Shown here piece by piece: positions 1-11,800 of a stretch of DNA of 64,000 nt (within the stretch, counting starts at the first letter, position 1; every line of letters starts with the position of its first letter). Below the pieces are notes generated by a model. It was not told where the DNA came from, made no database searches, and saw only the letters and a program-made list of their open reading frames with translations. Both the position numbers and the translations under genes were made by a program. The stretch comes from Sphagnum compactum (Eukaryota), in contig OZ234494.1 in the NCBI GenBank assembly GCA_965153455.1, positions 12,586,001-12,650,000 on the forward strand, in the 5' to 3' direction.

Positions 1-289
1 GCCCTGGAGCTGTCAACAATTCTGAATGTAAGAACCTTGAAAAAAAATGTCACACTGTTTCTGGCACAAACTCGCACAGCCAAGTAAGATACCCTCTGGG
101 GTTCCACCATGGCGAACAAAGAATCACAGCAATGTGATCATCTTCACCACAGAAAATGACTGATCCAGGACAGTATCACAAGTGGAAGTTTGAGTCGTCA
201 GTAAGGCTTTTGCAACAAGAACTCCAGACAGCACTTAGATCTTCAGCGGACATAATCACATTGGCCACCTGTAAGGGGGAACTGAGTAC

Positions 290-946
290 CTTATACCACC
301 TTGTGTGAGGATCATAAGCCACAATGCGACCAGTGAACTCCTTTCGTGAGAACTTTTTGACAACTGACCGACCTATCAAAGCGTCACCATCTCCATAGCT
401 CACTTCTGTCAGGCCACCCTGCAGATTTTGAAGATCATCATGATTTCATGGTTAATTACTCATTCATAGACTAAAAATTGTACATAAACCCAAGCAGTCA
501 ATCATCAAGCAACTGATTATGAAACCACCTTGACAATTTTCAATTGATCGCCAAAACCTAACCTGGCTTGCCTCTTGTGCACTGTCACCATTTCCATGAT
601 TTCCTGCAAACTCCAGAACCTGGCTGATCAGTTCACATGCATGAGGCATAAAATTGACATCCAAAATCTCTACTAGTTTGAAAAGAATCAACAATTGCCA
701 ACTCAAGATGATCTGCAATGCTATTAACAGATCTAGGTACATATCATCAGAACCCAACCAAAAGATTCAGTCACTTTTAGCGATCCTTCCAAGGAGGTTT
801 ACAATCATACCAGTATGATTGTAATTTACTGTTGTAATTGTGGTGTGGTGCGAATGTTCAACCAAAACCACTGGCTCCCCTGTTGCAGCAGCTGTTAACA
901 CGGTCCCTGCAGGAGTTGTCAATGAGAACATATGCTGGTGTGCCAT
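290..946 (-). CDS. 5' part of a PTM/DIR17-like Tudor-domain protein (possibly a chromatin reader); the gene continues beyond position 1
   Basis: Phase-consistent GT-AG exons 946-811 (ATG, MAHQHMFSLT...NYNHT), 603-563 (GNHGNGDSAQEASQ) and 418-290 (GGLTEVSYGDGDALIGRSVVKKFSRKEFTGRIVAYDPHTRWYK|GT). LIGRxVxKxF...FxGxIxxYD...WYKV is the plant PTM-type Tudor signature. The expected next exon (V.YEDGD.E) was not found in 1-289. Confidence 0.7.
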
Positions 947-2636
947 ATCCAAAACTTCCTCCAACTCCCCCTGCAGGACATTTTACGAACTTGCTGCAGT
1001 GAGAGAGGTCTTTATAAGTCTAGAGTCTAGAAAATTGCTACGGGACAGAGAGGGGACCGAGCTGACAGAGAAAACGTTTCATCAGATGTCCTTCCCCTAC
1101 TTGCAATAGCCTGCGTATCTCTTGTCTTCACCACAAAACAAGTCCATTGGAACAGAGAGAGGATTAGAGTGTGCCCGCCCATAGGAAAAACCATACTTGA
1201 CCTGGGAGATATGGCAACCGCAATGAAACTCTGAGATTATCATTACCAAGTGCAATTTCCTTTCCTCGTCTTCCTCCAAACAGGCAGGTTACAGCAGTAA
1301 CCGGAAGAAACAAGAAACCACAAGACTGACATTCTCTCCACTCGTCAATAAACACGACTTGTTCTGAGGAACATCACAACATAAGAAGCTCCTGCATGCT
1401 TCTCTGATTGACCAGCATTTGGACAACGGGCTCACAGTTTCCCAAACCTGGAGGTACTAGTAGCCCTACACACAGGAGCAACAAGAAACCACAAGTATAC
1501 TTAAGTCCAGAAGCTCCAAACCTGTGCTAGGTCCCCACTACAACACTACAAACGACAAAAACTAAAAACTAAATCGTTCTTGAAGAAAATAGCCGAGCGT
1601 CTTGAAATTTTCTGTTTCCGGCACCTCGATAACATTGAGTCAACGAGTTTCACGAGGCACCGAAGAAGAAGGACCCAAAGGAACTTCCGATATTAGGGGG
1701 AGAGCCATAAACACCATCAGTTTCTGTACTAGTCTGGAACACTATGTAAACGCTCGGTTTAGGTCGTGGGGATAAAACAAGAGAGAGAGAGAGAGAGGGA
1801 GACAGAGACAAAGACAGAGAAAAACAGCCCGCACCTGCTCCTCTTCTTCGATCTGCATCACAGAAAACTCCTCCATAATCGCAAGGGCTTTCAAGTGCCG
1901 CCAACTACGACGTGCATGTTACGAGTTACGACCTCGCAGAAGCGTAAAACGTGGGTCGACGAGAGGGGTCGGGGGTTGAGGGTTTACAAAACTTGCAACA
2001 AAGATCGACGCCAAGAAACGCAAACCGAAAGACAAAAAAAACAAAAGCTACTAGCCTACACGTCCGAAGCGGGACCCATGCAAACCCCGAAAACCACTTA
2101 CCAAGATGACTCCCCCCCTCCCCCACATCAAAATGCTCACACTAGGCAAACTAAGTAGCCAAAAGCAAAAGCGTTTGTAGACAAAACCATTCCAGAAAGT
2201 CCTCAGCGAGTCTCGTGCACAGAAACACACAGACACGCCTGTTCTTTCTCTGTTGCTCGTGTTCCGCTCGGCGTCCGCTGGTTGTCCGAATGCCTGTGCA
2301 GCACAGGCACCACGCGTCGTCTGCATTGAGCGGAGTTATGTTCATAAGCAGCTTGCGCTCATCCGGTGCGAGCACGGGGCTTGGAATCTGCACCCAATTC
2401 TCATGTGTTTGCCTCTTTGGTAACACCTAAAATCATGCATGCATGTCTACTACTATATCTTAGAGCAATAATAAAATTTTATAAACAATAAAAGGCAACA
2501 ACAATACAAACAAATTAATCAACTTAAAAATTAAATTTTTCATTATGATTTTTGTTATTAAAACTTCATCAAAGCCTTATTGAAGTTTTTCAAATAAGAT
2601 GAAATTAATTAATAAACATTTATATCTCCAAAAAAT

Positions 2637-2666
2637 GACACGTAGCAATTTGCCAGGCCACGTGTC
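2637..2666. promoter_or_regulatory. Paired ABRE/G-box elements in the divergent promoter
   Basis: GACACGTAGC at 2637-2646 (ACGTGTC on the minus strand) and GCCACGTGTC at 2657-2666 (ACGTG[G/T]C on both strands), 20 bp apart, just upstream of the pyrimidine-rich leader of the CBS gene. Confidence 0.55.
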
Positions 2667-2892
2667 AAGTGCAGACAAGAGGTAAGGTGTCAAGGGCAGC
2701 AGAGTCGAGAATATCTCCCATGTATTTCTTGCACTTTGCCGTGCTTTTTCCAAAATCCTTGAAAAACCTCATCGAAGGAAGCTGCTCTCTCTTGTTCTTT
2801 TCTTCTCACCCAAGACTTGTTTGCATCATCATCCTCTGCTTCTAGAAATTTTCATGTTCCCGAGCTTTTCTTAATCTTCAAAGCTCATCAAA

Positions 2893-2895
<3 letters not shown>

Positions 2896-2934
<39 letters not shown>
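2896..2934. repeat. (TC)n microsatellite in the 5' leader
   Basis: About 19 perfect TC units. Confidence 0.95.
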
Positions 2935-2937
<3 letters not shown>

Positions 2938-3059
2938 GTTTTCTTGGTCTCGCCGGGCTACTTACTTGTTTGCATCATCTGTTTCTTAAGTAAAAGTTTT
3001 TGCACACAGATTTCCAAGTGTAAGTAAGTTTGTACAGTTTCCTTTTCTCGCTTAAGATT

Positions 3060-3190
3060 TTTCAGAGCTTTGGTTCTTGGACAAGAAAGAGTTTCCAGAG
3101 TTTTGGTTCTTGGACAAAATTGATCTTCCAGAGCTTTGGTTCTTGTTGTACAAGATTTTCCAGATTTTTGTTCTTGGACAAGATCTTGCA
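3060..3190 (+). repeat. ~33-bp tandem repeat x4 in the probable 5'-UTR intron
   Basis: Four copies of TTCCAGAG(C/T)TTTGGTTCTTGGACAAG-like units, between a donor-like GTAAGT near 3019-3030 and an acceptor TATAG ending at 3355. Confidence 0.75.
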
Positions 3191-3383
3191 ACCTTGGACG
3201 ATCTAAATCAAAGAAATGCAATGGCTGATTTGGCCAAGGGTCGCTCGCTCCGTGATCCTTGTGCTTTGTCGACGAATTTGCCATAGTCAATTGCGAAGTG
3301 CTCGATGAGGAGCATCAGCTTGTAACACATTCCTTGGTTCCTTCTGATTATATAGGGTTTGGAATTTTGGAGAGTGGCAGAGA

Positions 3384-6259
3384 ATGACGGCGGAGGCAAA
3401 TGAGGAGAAGCCTATCAACCAACAGTTGGAAGAGCTGTGGACGCAAAATGGGGAGAAGAGAGGGGTGCCACAGGGCATTCGTCGTCTCCTTAACACTGCC
3501 TTCACTAACGTGCAAGTCTCTTCCTTTCCTGACCTTCCCTCTGGTAAAGGTAAGGTGAATGAAGAAATGCAAAATTATTTTTTTTCCTTCCTGAGGGATT
3601 CCGGTTGTCTTGTCCTGAGGGAAGGAAAATCCGAGGAAGAATTTGGAATCTGTCAAACAGTGCTCTTCAACCCATTTGGAGCCCATTATTCTATGTTGCT
3701 CCTCTTTGTTCTGCATTCTTACCTTCAGGGAAACCAAGGAAAGAACATAGATAGAAAGCTTAGATGGCATACTTTGACATTTAGGTCACATGAGACCACA
3801 TTGAGTTCAACATTTCACTCTGAACATGATAGGGCTCATATGCACATTCAGATCTCAATGATATTATATGCCCAATTCTCTGATCTTGAGCAGAATAAAA
3901 TACCTTCACCCCATCTATGGTGATACATCCACTTGCAGTTGTGTTGTAAATTTATTCTGTGCTTAGAATGCAGAGTTACTTTAGCATCTGTGGACATTAT
4001 TTCCGTTATTCTATTACTGAAGAGTGAATCCTTGCCCTTTGTGTTGCCTGCCTTTGCCATTGTTGCAGTAGTGGAGATTCGAGGAGATTCGTCAATAGCT
4101 CAAGCAGTGCAAACACTAGCTGAAAACAACATATTTTCAGCTCCAGTGACTAATCCAGAGGCAAGTCCCACAGACAGCTGGGCTGCAAGGTACAAAGGAA
4201 TGGTAGATTACCCTTCCATTATACTGTGGGTGCTGGAACAGGCAGAGATGGCAGCTGCCACATTTGCTGCAGGCTCTGCAGCAGCAGTAGGAATGGGTGC
4301 TGGGGCTTTTGGAGCATTGGGTGCCATTGCGCTTGGCTTGACTGGCCCTGTTGCAATTGCTGGCCTTGCAACTGCTGCTGTTGGGGCAGCAATTGCAGGT
4401 TAGTATTTCTCTACAGTATCATCATTGTCCCCTGGATGCCAGGGACCTGAGATTCTGCATCCTGCAGACAAGACAGATGTCTGTTTGTCCTCTCCTTGTA
4501 GAAATTAGATGATTTTCAGGGTATCTAGACACCAACAGGAGACTTTTGGGAGCACCTGTTCATCTAGATTCTACGTCCATATCTGATCAGTTGGTCTGTG
4601 GAGAGTGGAGTCAAAGTTATGACTTTGAGTAAATCCAAATATGTGCTTGATATTGGGAATTTGTGCAGGGGGAATAGCAGCAGAGAGGGGGCTGGGGAAT
4701 GATGCATCTGCAGCTGCTGATGCCCTGGGAGAGGACTTTTATAAGGTCATCCTGCAAGACGAGCCATTTAAATCCACCCAGGTAAAGCTGTTCTGCACTA
4801 GTTGAACAATGTTCCCTGCAGGGTATGAGACAAAATGTACAGGATCATGTTTCCTTCTGAGGAGCATTTGCAGCATGGGAATGAAATTCACACATGCTGC
4901 ATACTGTCTCATGCTGTTCTGTTCTTTTGTTGGTGATTATGACCTTGTAGGTGGCGGAAATTACTAAATCTTACAGATGGGCACCATTTTTGCCAATTGA
5001 GCCTGATGAATCCATGCTTACTGTGCTGTTACTGCTATCAAAATTTCGGCTCCGCAGCATCCCTGTAGTCAATGACTGTGATCCTGACGTGAAGAATGTG
5101 ATTACTCAGTCAGCAGTCGTTCAGGGCCTCTCCCAGTGCCATGGACGTGACTGGTTTGACAGCCTAGCAGGAAAATCATTGTTTCAAATTGGGCTTCCTG
5201 TTATGTCACCTGACCAGGTAAAACATGTTCAAGAATCACATCAACATTTTGTGCAATTTTTGGTTGTCATCTTGATAGATAGATGACAAGTTATATGTTG
5301 TTCTTAGCATAGTGACCGGAACTAACACCACATTGGTTTGGTTACCTTGTTTTACCTTGTTTTAGTGGAGCTTCTCTGCCATCACATTGAAGGAAAAGAA
5401 ATAAAATCCAATTCTTAGGCACATTGTCAGATGCTGGAGGATGAACTGACCATACTAAAGATCTTTGGGAGAATCATCTAAAGCCATGTATTGTTTGTTC
5501 ATACCAATTTGGAAAGCAGATGGTGAGTGTGGATGCAAATCAGCTAGTGCTGGAGGCATTTATACTCATGAAGGAAAAGGGGATAGGTGGGCTACCAGTT
5601 GTGGAAGGTCCTGAAAAGAAGCTCAAGGGAAACATAAGTGTTCGTGATGTGCGATATTTGCTCCTGCAACCTGATTTGTTTGCTCGCCGCCGGTAAGTCA
5701 ACTTTAGGCTCCATCTGTATTAAGCCTAAAATTTCTGGTTTTTATCACTGCTCCAGAGTAACAACTGAAGTATGCATCATCTTTTCTAAGGTCTCAAGTA
5801 ACAGTTATGTGCTAAACAACAATATTGATACCTATTAAGTACATTATCTTTTTCAAAACCAATGTTACATACAGCAAGACCTTCAGTATTTGAGATGATT
5901 CTAATGTAGAATAAGGACTTGGCAGGGAGTTAACAATAGCTGAGTTCATGAAGACAGTGAAGTGGATAGCACCAGCAGAGACAGGGTTGATGCCTCCCAT
6001 CACCTGTGAAAAGACATCAAAGCTAGGTGATGTGATTGAAACATTATCAAGTAAAAAAATTCACCGCATATATGTGGTTGATAAAGGCTCCCAAGTGGCT
6101 GGTGTCATAACATTGCGGGACATCATTGGCTGCTTTGTTTCTGAGCCTGAGGGATACTTTAATAACTACTTTGGAGGTGCATTCAAGGAGACAATCCAAT
6201 CTGAACAGGTTTTAGGAGATGACTATGTTGAGCAAGATGAAGCTGACTTCATTCACTGA
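3384..6259 (+). CDS. CBSCBS2: SNF1-related protein kinase regulatory subunit gamma-1-like (four CBS domains), 460 aa
   Basis: Six phase-consistent GT-AG exons: 3384-3549, 4069-4398, 4669-4781, 4951-5217, 5520-5692, 5926-6259 (1383 nt). Motifs include AFTNVQVSSFP, NIFSAPV, a Gly/Ala-rich insert, LGEDFYKVILQDEPFKST, SYRWAPFLP, LLLLSKFRLRSIPVV, ITQSAVVQGL, GIGGLPVV, GNISVRDVR, IHRIYVV and GVITLRDII. Confidence 0.93.
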
Positions 6260-7016
6260 TGATACGAAGTTCCAATCCCGAAGCTTCAACCAAGTTGGAA
6301 TTAATACAGCCTGTGACTATGGTGGAACTATTTGATTGATCCCAGTGTCGAAGCAATGCTTGAAATGGACAATGACAATTCAACTTACAGGTTCAGATTT
6401 TTCACACTCACAGTACTAGTGTGTTTCTAATCAGATATTTCTGGACTAACCCAATGCAACACCCATGCTGAGTTATCTGAGCTTTTGTGGACCATGGCAT
6501 GTACCACAGGTTTTGGTCATTATCTTTTCACTTGATCTTGTTTCTTTGAGGAGAATTCTACGAAAGCATAAGTTAAATTTGGCTCTGAATTAGGTTTTGA
6601 TCCTCACCAACAGGGTATTGATCTTCAAGACTAACTTTTGTTTGTGGGCCTAATTTTGAAAAATCTGATGATTGGAGTATTCTTATTTTGCGGCACCTTA
6701 TTTCAAGTTTGTTGGCTAAATTATTTCAGAGAGGTTGCCTTTTCTCTTTTTTTCTTTTTTGCCTTTTCAAAATCGTCAATAGGCCCAGGATTTGTCTTTG
6801 AGACTTGAATTTAGAATCTAAGGAAACCAGTGATTGTTTTTTTTCCACAAATTTCAGCAAAAGCAAAAATAGGAATGTTTTGGATTTTTTTTGTTTTTCT
6901 AGTGTAAATTAGACTAATTTTGCTTTTCTTTTTTTTGGGGGGGGGGGAAATTACTCAAAATTTAGATATCACAATTGAGAAAAAAAAACCCTGAACTTTT
7001 TAAACCCTAATGAAAA

Positions 7017-7955
7017 TTACATATAGTAAAGGACGTCGGGATGAAATGAAGCTTTCCGTCCGTCCGTCCGTCATCCATCCCGTCATCCGTCCCGTCATCC
7101 ATGAACAAATAACAAATATATATTTTTAAAAGGGGAAAAACTAGCCAAAAAAAAAAACAGAAAAACACTTTAACAATTAGAAACTTTTTGTAAACAGTTA
7201 AACATGAAACAAACAAGGGAAATACAGTAAAATAATCTTAAAAGAAAATTAAAAACTAGATGACAAAAAATAAGAAACAAAACAGAGAGCAAAAGAAAGA
7301 GAATAAAAACCATACTTGAAAAAAAAATGAGGTTTGTCTTCTTTTTCCAAACTTCAAACCTGCATCTAATCAAACAAAAATAAAAAAGTTTTTTAAATTA
7401 TTTTTATTATAAAACATATTAGAAAAACTAGAATTTTTTTGGAAAAGAAAATAGAAACTAAATAAATAAATAAACCCATACAAATAGAAAAAAAGTGAAG
7501 ATAGACAAAATAAGAATAGAAAAAATTAAAACATGAAACAAATATTTAAAAAAAAGTAAAAACACAAAAACTATAAAAAAGGAATGGGAACAAATGAAAC
7601 AAGGAAAGGGAAATACAGTAAAATCATCTTAAAAGAAAAAAAATTATAAAAAAGAAGAAACCAAATAAAGAGTAGAAAATAAGAAAAAATAAAACTTATA
7701 ATAATGAAAAAAAACCCTACTTGAAAAAGAATGAGGTGTGTCGTCTTTCTCCAAACTTCAAACTTGCATCCAAATAAACAAAAATACAAAAGTGAAAAAG
7801 AAACACTTTATTTTTATTATACAAAATAATAATAAAAACAGAAAACACATAAAAATAAATAATAAAAAAGATAAAAGTTAAAAAAAAAAACTAAAACATG
7901 AACCAAACATTGTTGAAATAACACACCTGTGCATTAGGCACGGGGTTCAAACTAG
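7017..7955 (+). mobile_element. Non-autonomous Helitron (~940 bp)
   Basis: 3' GC-rich hairpin CCTGTGC-attag-GCACGGG (7926-7944) followed by CTAG (7952-7955) and a T. The 5' end is approximate (A|TTACATATAGTAAAG, followed by (CCGT)n). A-rich interior with an internal duplication (~7200-7420 vs ~7590-7830). Confidence 0.7.
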
Positions 7956-8469
7956 TATGCAAGTAAATCCACTCCAACCCAGAGTTCTTTGCATTGTTTG
8001 TGAAATTTTTCAGTAACACAGAAATGGTGCAACCCCTTTAACTTTTACTCCAAAAAGAATTTGCACATATGGAGAAAGTTGAAGTTGGAACAACTATTTT
8101 GTTAACTACAAAGTGCAACTTTGAAGCAAATTTTGAGAATGTACCAAGACTGGCCTTAGATGTGCTTCTTCGCCGTACGAATTAAGCTGCATTTGGCAAT
8201 TGTACAACAACAAAATCTAGTTTTTGATAAGAGTGGCAAGGAAGCTGAGGGCATCTCCACCCCACACCTGCAAACACCCCTTTCACGCCCTCGAAGCTCT
8301 GTGTTCCCAAAATTAAGGCCCACCCAAGATGGAGATGAGGGGCCCTTATTATTTTGGGAACACCCCACCTTGAGGATGTTACCCTCCCCCCCCCCCCCCC
8401 CCCCACAATAAAGGGTAATTTTCTTAATAAAGTGTAAATCCTTACATATCAAAAACTTAGGTGATTGCA

Positions 8470-9150
8470 ATGTATCTATTAAGGAAGGTTCTTTGTTTGT
8501 TTTGTTTGTTGTGTTGAGATCTCCTAACATACCCAGGTGCCTCGTAACGTGTTCTTGGTATTGTTGGAAAGCTCTTTATGAATAGATATGCATTAATATC
8601 TCTCAAACCACAATGTCCCTAGGGAGCAAAAGTTATTGAACATTGAACAATTTGGTCAAAGAAAATTCAATAAAATCAAAATTACATATTTTTGAGAAAT
8701 TGGGCATGCTCTTTGTATTGTTGGATAGCCTCCAACAAAGAGGATTCAATCAAGGCATTTTTTGCACTTTAAGTCGTGGGAGATGGTGAAATTTGAGTAA
8801 TTTTTGGAATCGAGAATAGTTTTTTCACAATTTGACAATATCCTTAGGATTTTATTCACACTCGGAGCAATTACGTAATCATGTTCACACATGGGAAAAT
8901 GGCAAATGTCACATTAGTCTATCTATTATGGAAGTTTGTTTGTTTGTTTCGATTGTTTGTCACCTTGAAAAAGTCTTTGATGAATAGGGGTGCATCAATG
9001 TGGTTTCATAATGCTTAGACCTATGATGTAAAAGTTGTTGAATTTGAACAATTTTATCAAAAAAAATCAAAAAAACTAAAACTAATTTTTTTTAAGGAAA
9101 TTGGAACAAGCTCTTGTTTATTTGCAAACAAGATAAAGTAGATCAAAAAC
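8470..9150 (+). repeat. Dispersed repeat family (two partial copies; inverted copy at ~45880-45980)
   Basis: TATCTATTAAGGAAGGTT...TTGTTTGTTT...TTGGTATTGTTGGAAAGCTCT at ~8473, a similar copy at ~8918, and the reverse complement at ~45880-45980. Confidence 0.6.
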
Positions 9151-10878
9151 TTAATTTGCCAAAAATCATGAAACAAATTAACATAATCACATGAAAGTAG
9201 ATTAAAAACCTTTGTAAGTATAAATATGACATCGTTAGTTCCTCGATCAATTGAGTTGATGATCAGTCCTATACAAAATTTGAACAATTTTAATATCATA
9301 AAAGTAAATTAAGAATGTGCTTGAGATTGATTGTTCAATACGGTGTTCAAAATTACTTTTACATTAAAAATTTGATATATTATGATTATAGTATACAAAA
9401 GTTGGGAATACATAAATCTCTTTTAAGCCTCAATTGATTCGAAAATATATAATTAAATTTAATCATTTACTTGCAACCCAAATGCATCTTTTAAAATTTT
9501 ATTTTCAAGATGGGGTTCTTCAAGATTTTAATAAGCGTTCCCTATTACATTCAGTTATATACATCTCCCTATGATCCTTCACAAAATCATAAAATGAATT
9601 TACATCATGTTGGCATTTAAGAGAAAAGGATCTTATTATATGATTGTGAGGTGTATGTCATCACTAAATCTGAAACACCATTTATGTGTTCATTCGTTTA
9701 AGCTTCATACGATGATACTTCAATTTGATTTTCTTTTGTGTTTTGTTAAGAGTCGCATGATAGACAATCATGTTGGCTTCTTTCTTGGAGTTGGCTAACT
9801 AAAAAGGTCAATAGGTTGATGTGGGATCCCCACTTTCCTTCTAATTTTTTGAACCCTCCCCAACACCAACTATTCTCACCTACCCCATTTTTTATGATTA
9901 CATGTGAACCATTTCTTAAGTCTTTAGTTTTGTTCGCTTGACCATAGATTTCAATGACTTCATCATTAAATTTTTAAAAATAAAAACTAGACCTTTCAAT
10001 TGTTGTCTAAACCCAACAAACACATAATATTAACATAACAACATTTGAAAAAAATTCCAAACTATTAAAACAAATTAATTCTAAACACAAATTAATCTAT
10101 CTTTAAATTTTTAAAAATGGACTACCATTCAATTGATAAACTAGAGTTGATTTGAATATTATATGGCGTCCAAACTTTACAAATGACTTAAAATTTTGAT
10201 AATTTAAAGTGTGGGATTCACAAACCAAAGTCATTTTTTGTTTATGATGCATCAATGGATTGATAAAAATATCTCATCTCATCTTCTACCATAAACAAGT
10301 TATCCAATCCATCATCAAAATCTTTGACTTTACATGGTTAAGGATTTAAGAAGTTCAGTTTGCACAAGGCACATGAGTTGGTCTTTTGGAAAGAACATAA
10401 GTCATATGCTTACAATTACTAATTTGTATTGCCCAAGGTTTTCTCCACCACTTTGTGTTGATAACCTCTTGGGTAGAAGCCATGCAATATTTTTTTTTCA
10501 TGAAACAAATCCTTTAAATGTGATAGTGTGCTTGAAGGTTTCTTTCATATTTTTCAGAAATTTGGAAACTCCAAAAATAAGTAATTAGTGCCTAATCAAC
10601 TTAGGTACTACCGCCTTGGAGGTTTTTAATTTTTGGCATAAAAAAGGGCTATAATGTATTGGTGTATGATGAAATGAACTTAGGTAATCCTCAAAAGGTA
10701 TTATAAAAAGTTAACATGTAGGTTGATTTCTCACATAAGTCCCATGTAAAATTGTTTGCATGTTTTTAAAATATTACAAGAATGAAAAATTGATGATTTT
10801 AAAGCTCAAATATTTCAAATCTCATGAAAGGTAAGCGACATGTATGTTTAAAATGTATCTACATACAATGGTATGTTA

Positions 10879-11800
10879 GGGTGAAAGTGCACTAACAACC
10901 TTCATTAAAGACTATATGTTCGAACATGTGAAAGTTCATCCCGTAAGAATTTTAACCAAGTCCAATGTAGGTGAAAACAATTCTGAAAAAATAGGTTCTC
11001 ATGCTTTTAATCATTATTGATGTATTAATGATATTCCAAAATCTTAACAAGAGATTTGACATCAATTGGATCATACTTATGGTTTTCTTTCCAACTTAAA
11101 TGCAACAATATAATGATTTGAAAATTGAACAATGTTGGTTTTGGATTTCATTTTGCTCTTTAATTACATAATATACTACAAAAATTAGGGCATTAGATCC
11201 TTATTTAAATAAACACATGTTGAACAATTCGTCTTGCCACCTTGCTACAAATTGATGGAGCACAAATTCATCTATCCTTGGTTTTAAATAGGCTACGAAT
11301 GAAACATAATTGGTATGCTTGTGTTCTAATCGAATCACTTTTTAGATTCCCCTTCACAATTATTGCCTACATGCACTTCTTGAAAGTATCGCTATGACAT
11401 AATATAAGAAGCATCAACTTATTATGAACAAAACTACAGTGGTTTAAAGCCACAAGATTAAGTGCATTGCCCCTTGATGAATTTAAATCCATGCCATACA
11501 TTAGTTTGCCAAGTAGATAGACAATGTGTTCCCATAGGTTAGTCACACCTTTCACAACAATCTTATGGGCATTGCATTATATTTAGATTGAGAGATTGTT
11601 GCAATTATCTCATTTGCAGACCTTTGAACATGGACATGAATAATCATTGTGAGAACCGTACATCCTCATGTTGTTAAAATTGTCCTTCAACTCTTAAATC
11701 TTTGAGTGATATTTCCAATAACATGAATTGAACTCCTTCAAACATTTGACAAATTAAGGTTTCAACTTGTTGATGTAGTAAAGCCAATTCTTACACCAAG
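10879..11800 (-). mobile_element. Decayed DDE transposase remnant with Sola2-type motifs, ending at a GGGTGAAAG TIR-like end
   Basis: Minus-strand translation across stops and frameshifts gives, in order, RIGFTT.NKLKP*FVKCLKEFNSCYWKYH, KGQC..CG, KEQNEIQNQH..FQIIILLH, EYH*YINND*KHENLFFQNCF.LHW.WL and HIVFNEGC. This resembles the IGFS.F..L[RK]P / CxCxxH / QxEIQSxHW / ISDD.KHD / FSDGC motif order. Confidence 0.55.

Noticed and set aside
1650-2430. Several overlapping 66-130-aa ORFs
   Set aside because: They are low-complexity frames across GA/TC repeats in a leader or promoter, with no recognisable domain and mostly non-ATG starts.
2958-3290. 110-aa minus-strand ORF with repeated CPRTKAL
   Set aside because: It is the translation of the 33-bp tandem repeat, antisense to the CBS gene leader intron, and has a non-ATG start.
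4250-4400. Hydrophobic Gly/Ala-rich segment inside a CBS protein, suggesting a novel membrane anchor
   Set aside because: As I recall, this insert is a conserved feature of the plant SnRK1-gamma-1-like subfamily, so it is not novel here.
8156-8530. ORFs of 74-124 aa around a poly-C run
   Set aside because: They lie in dispersed-repeat sequence and a homopolymer, with no domain or splice support.
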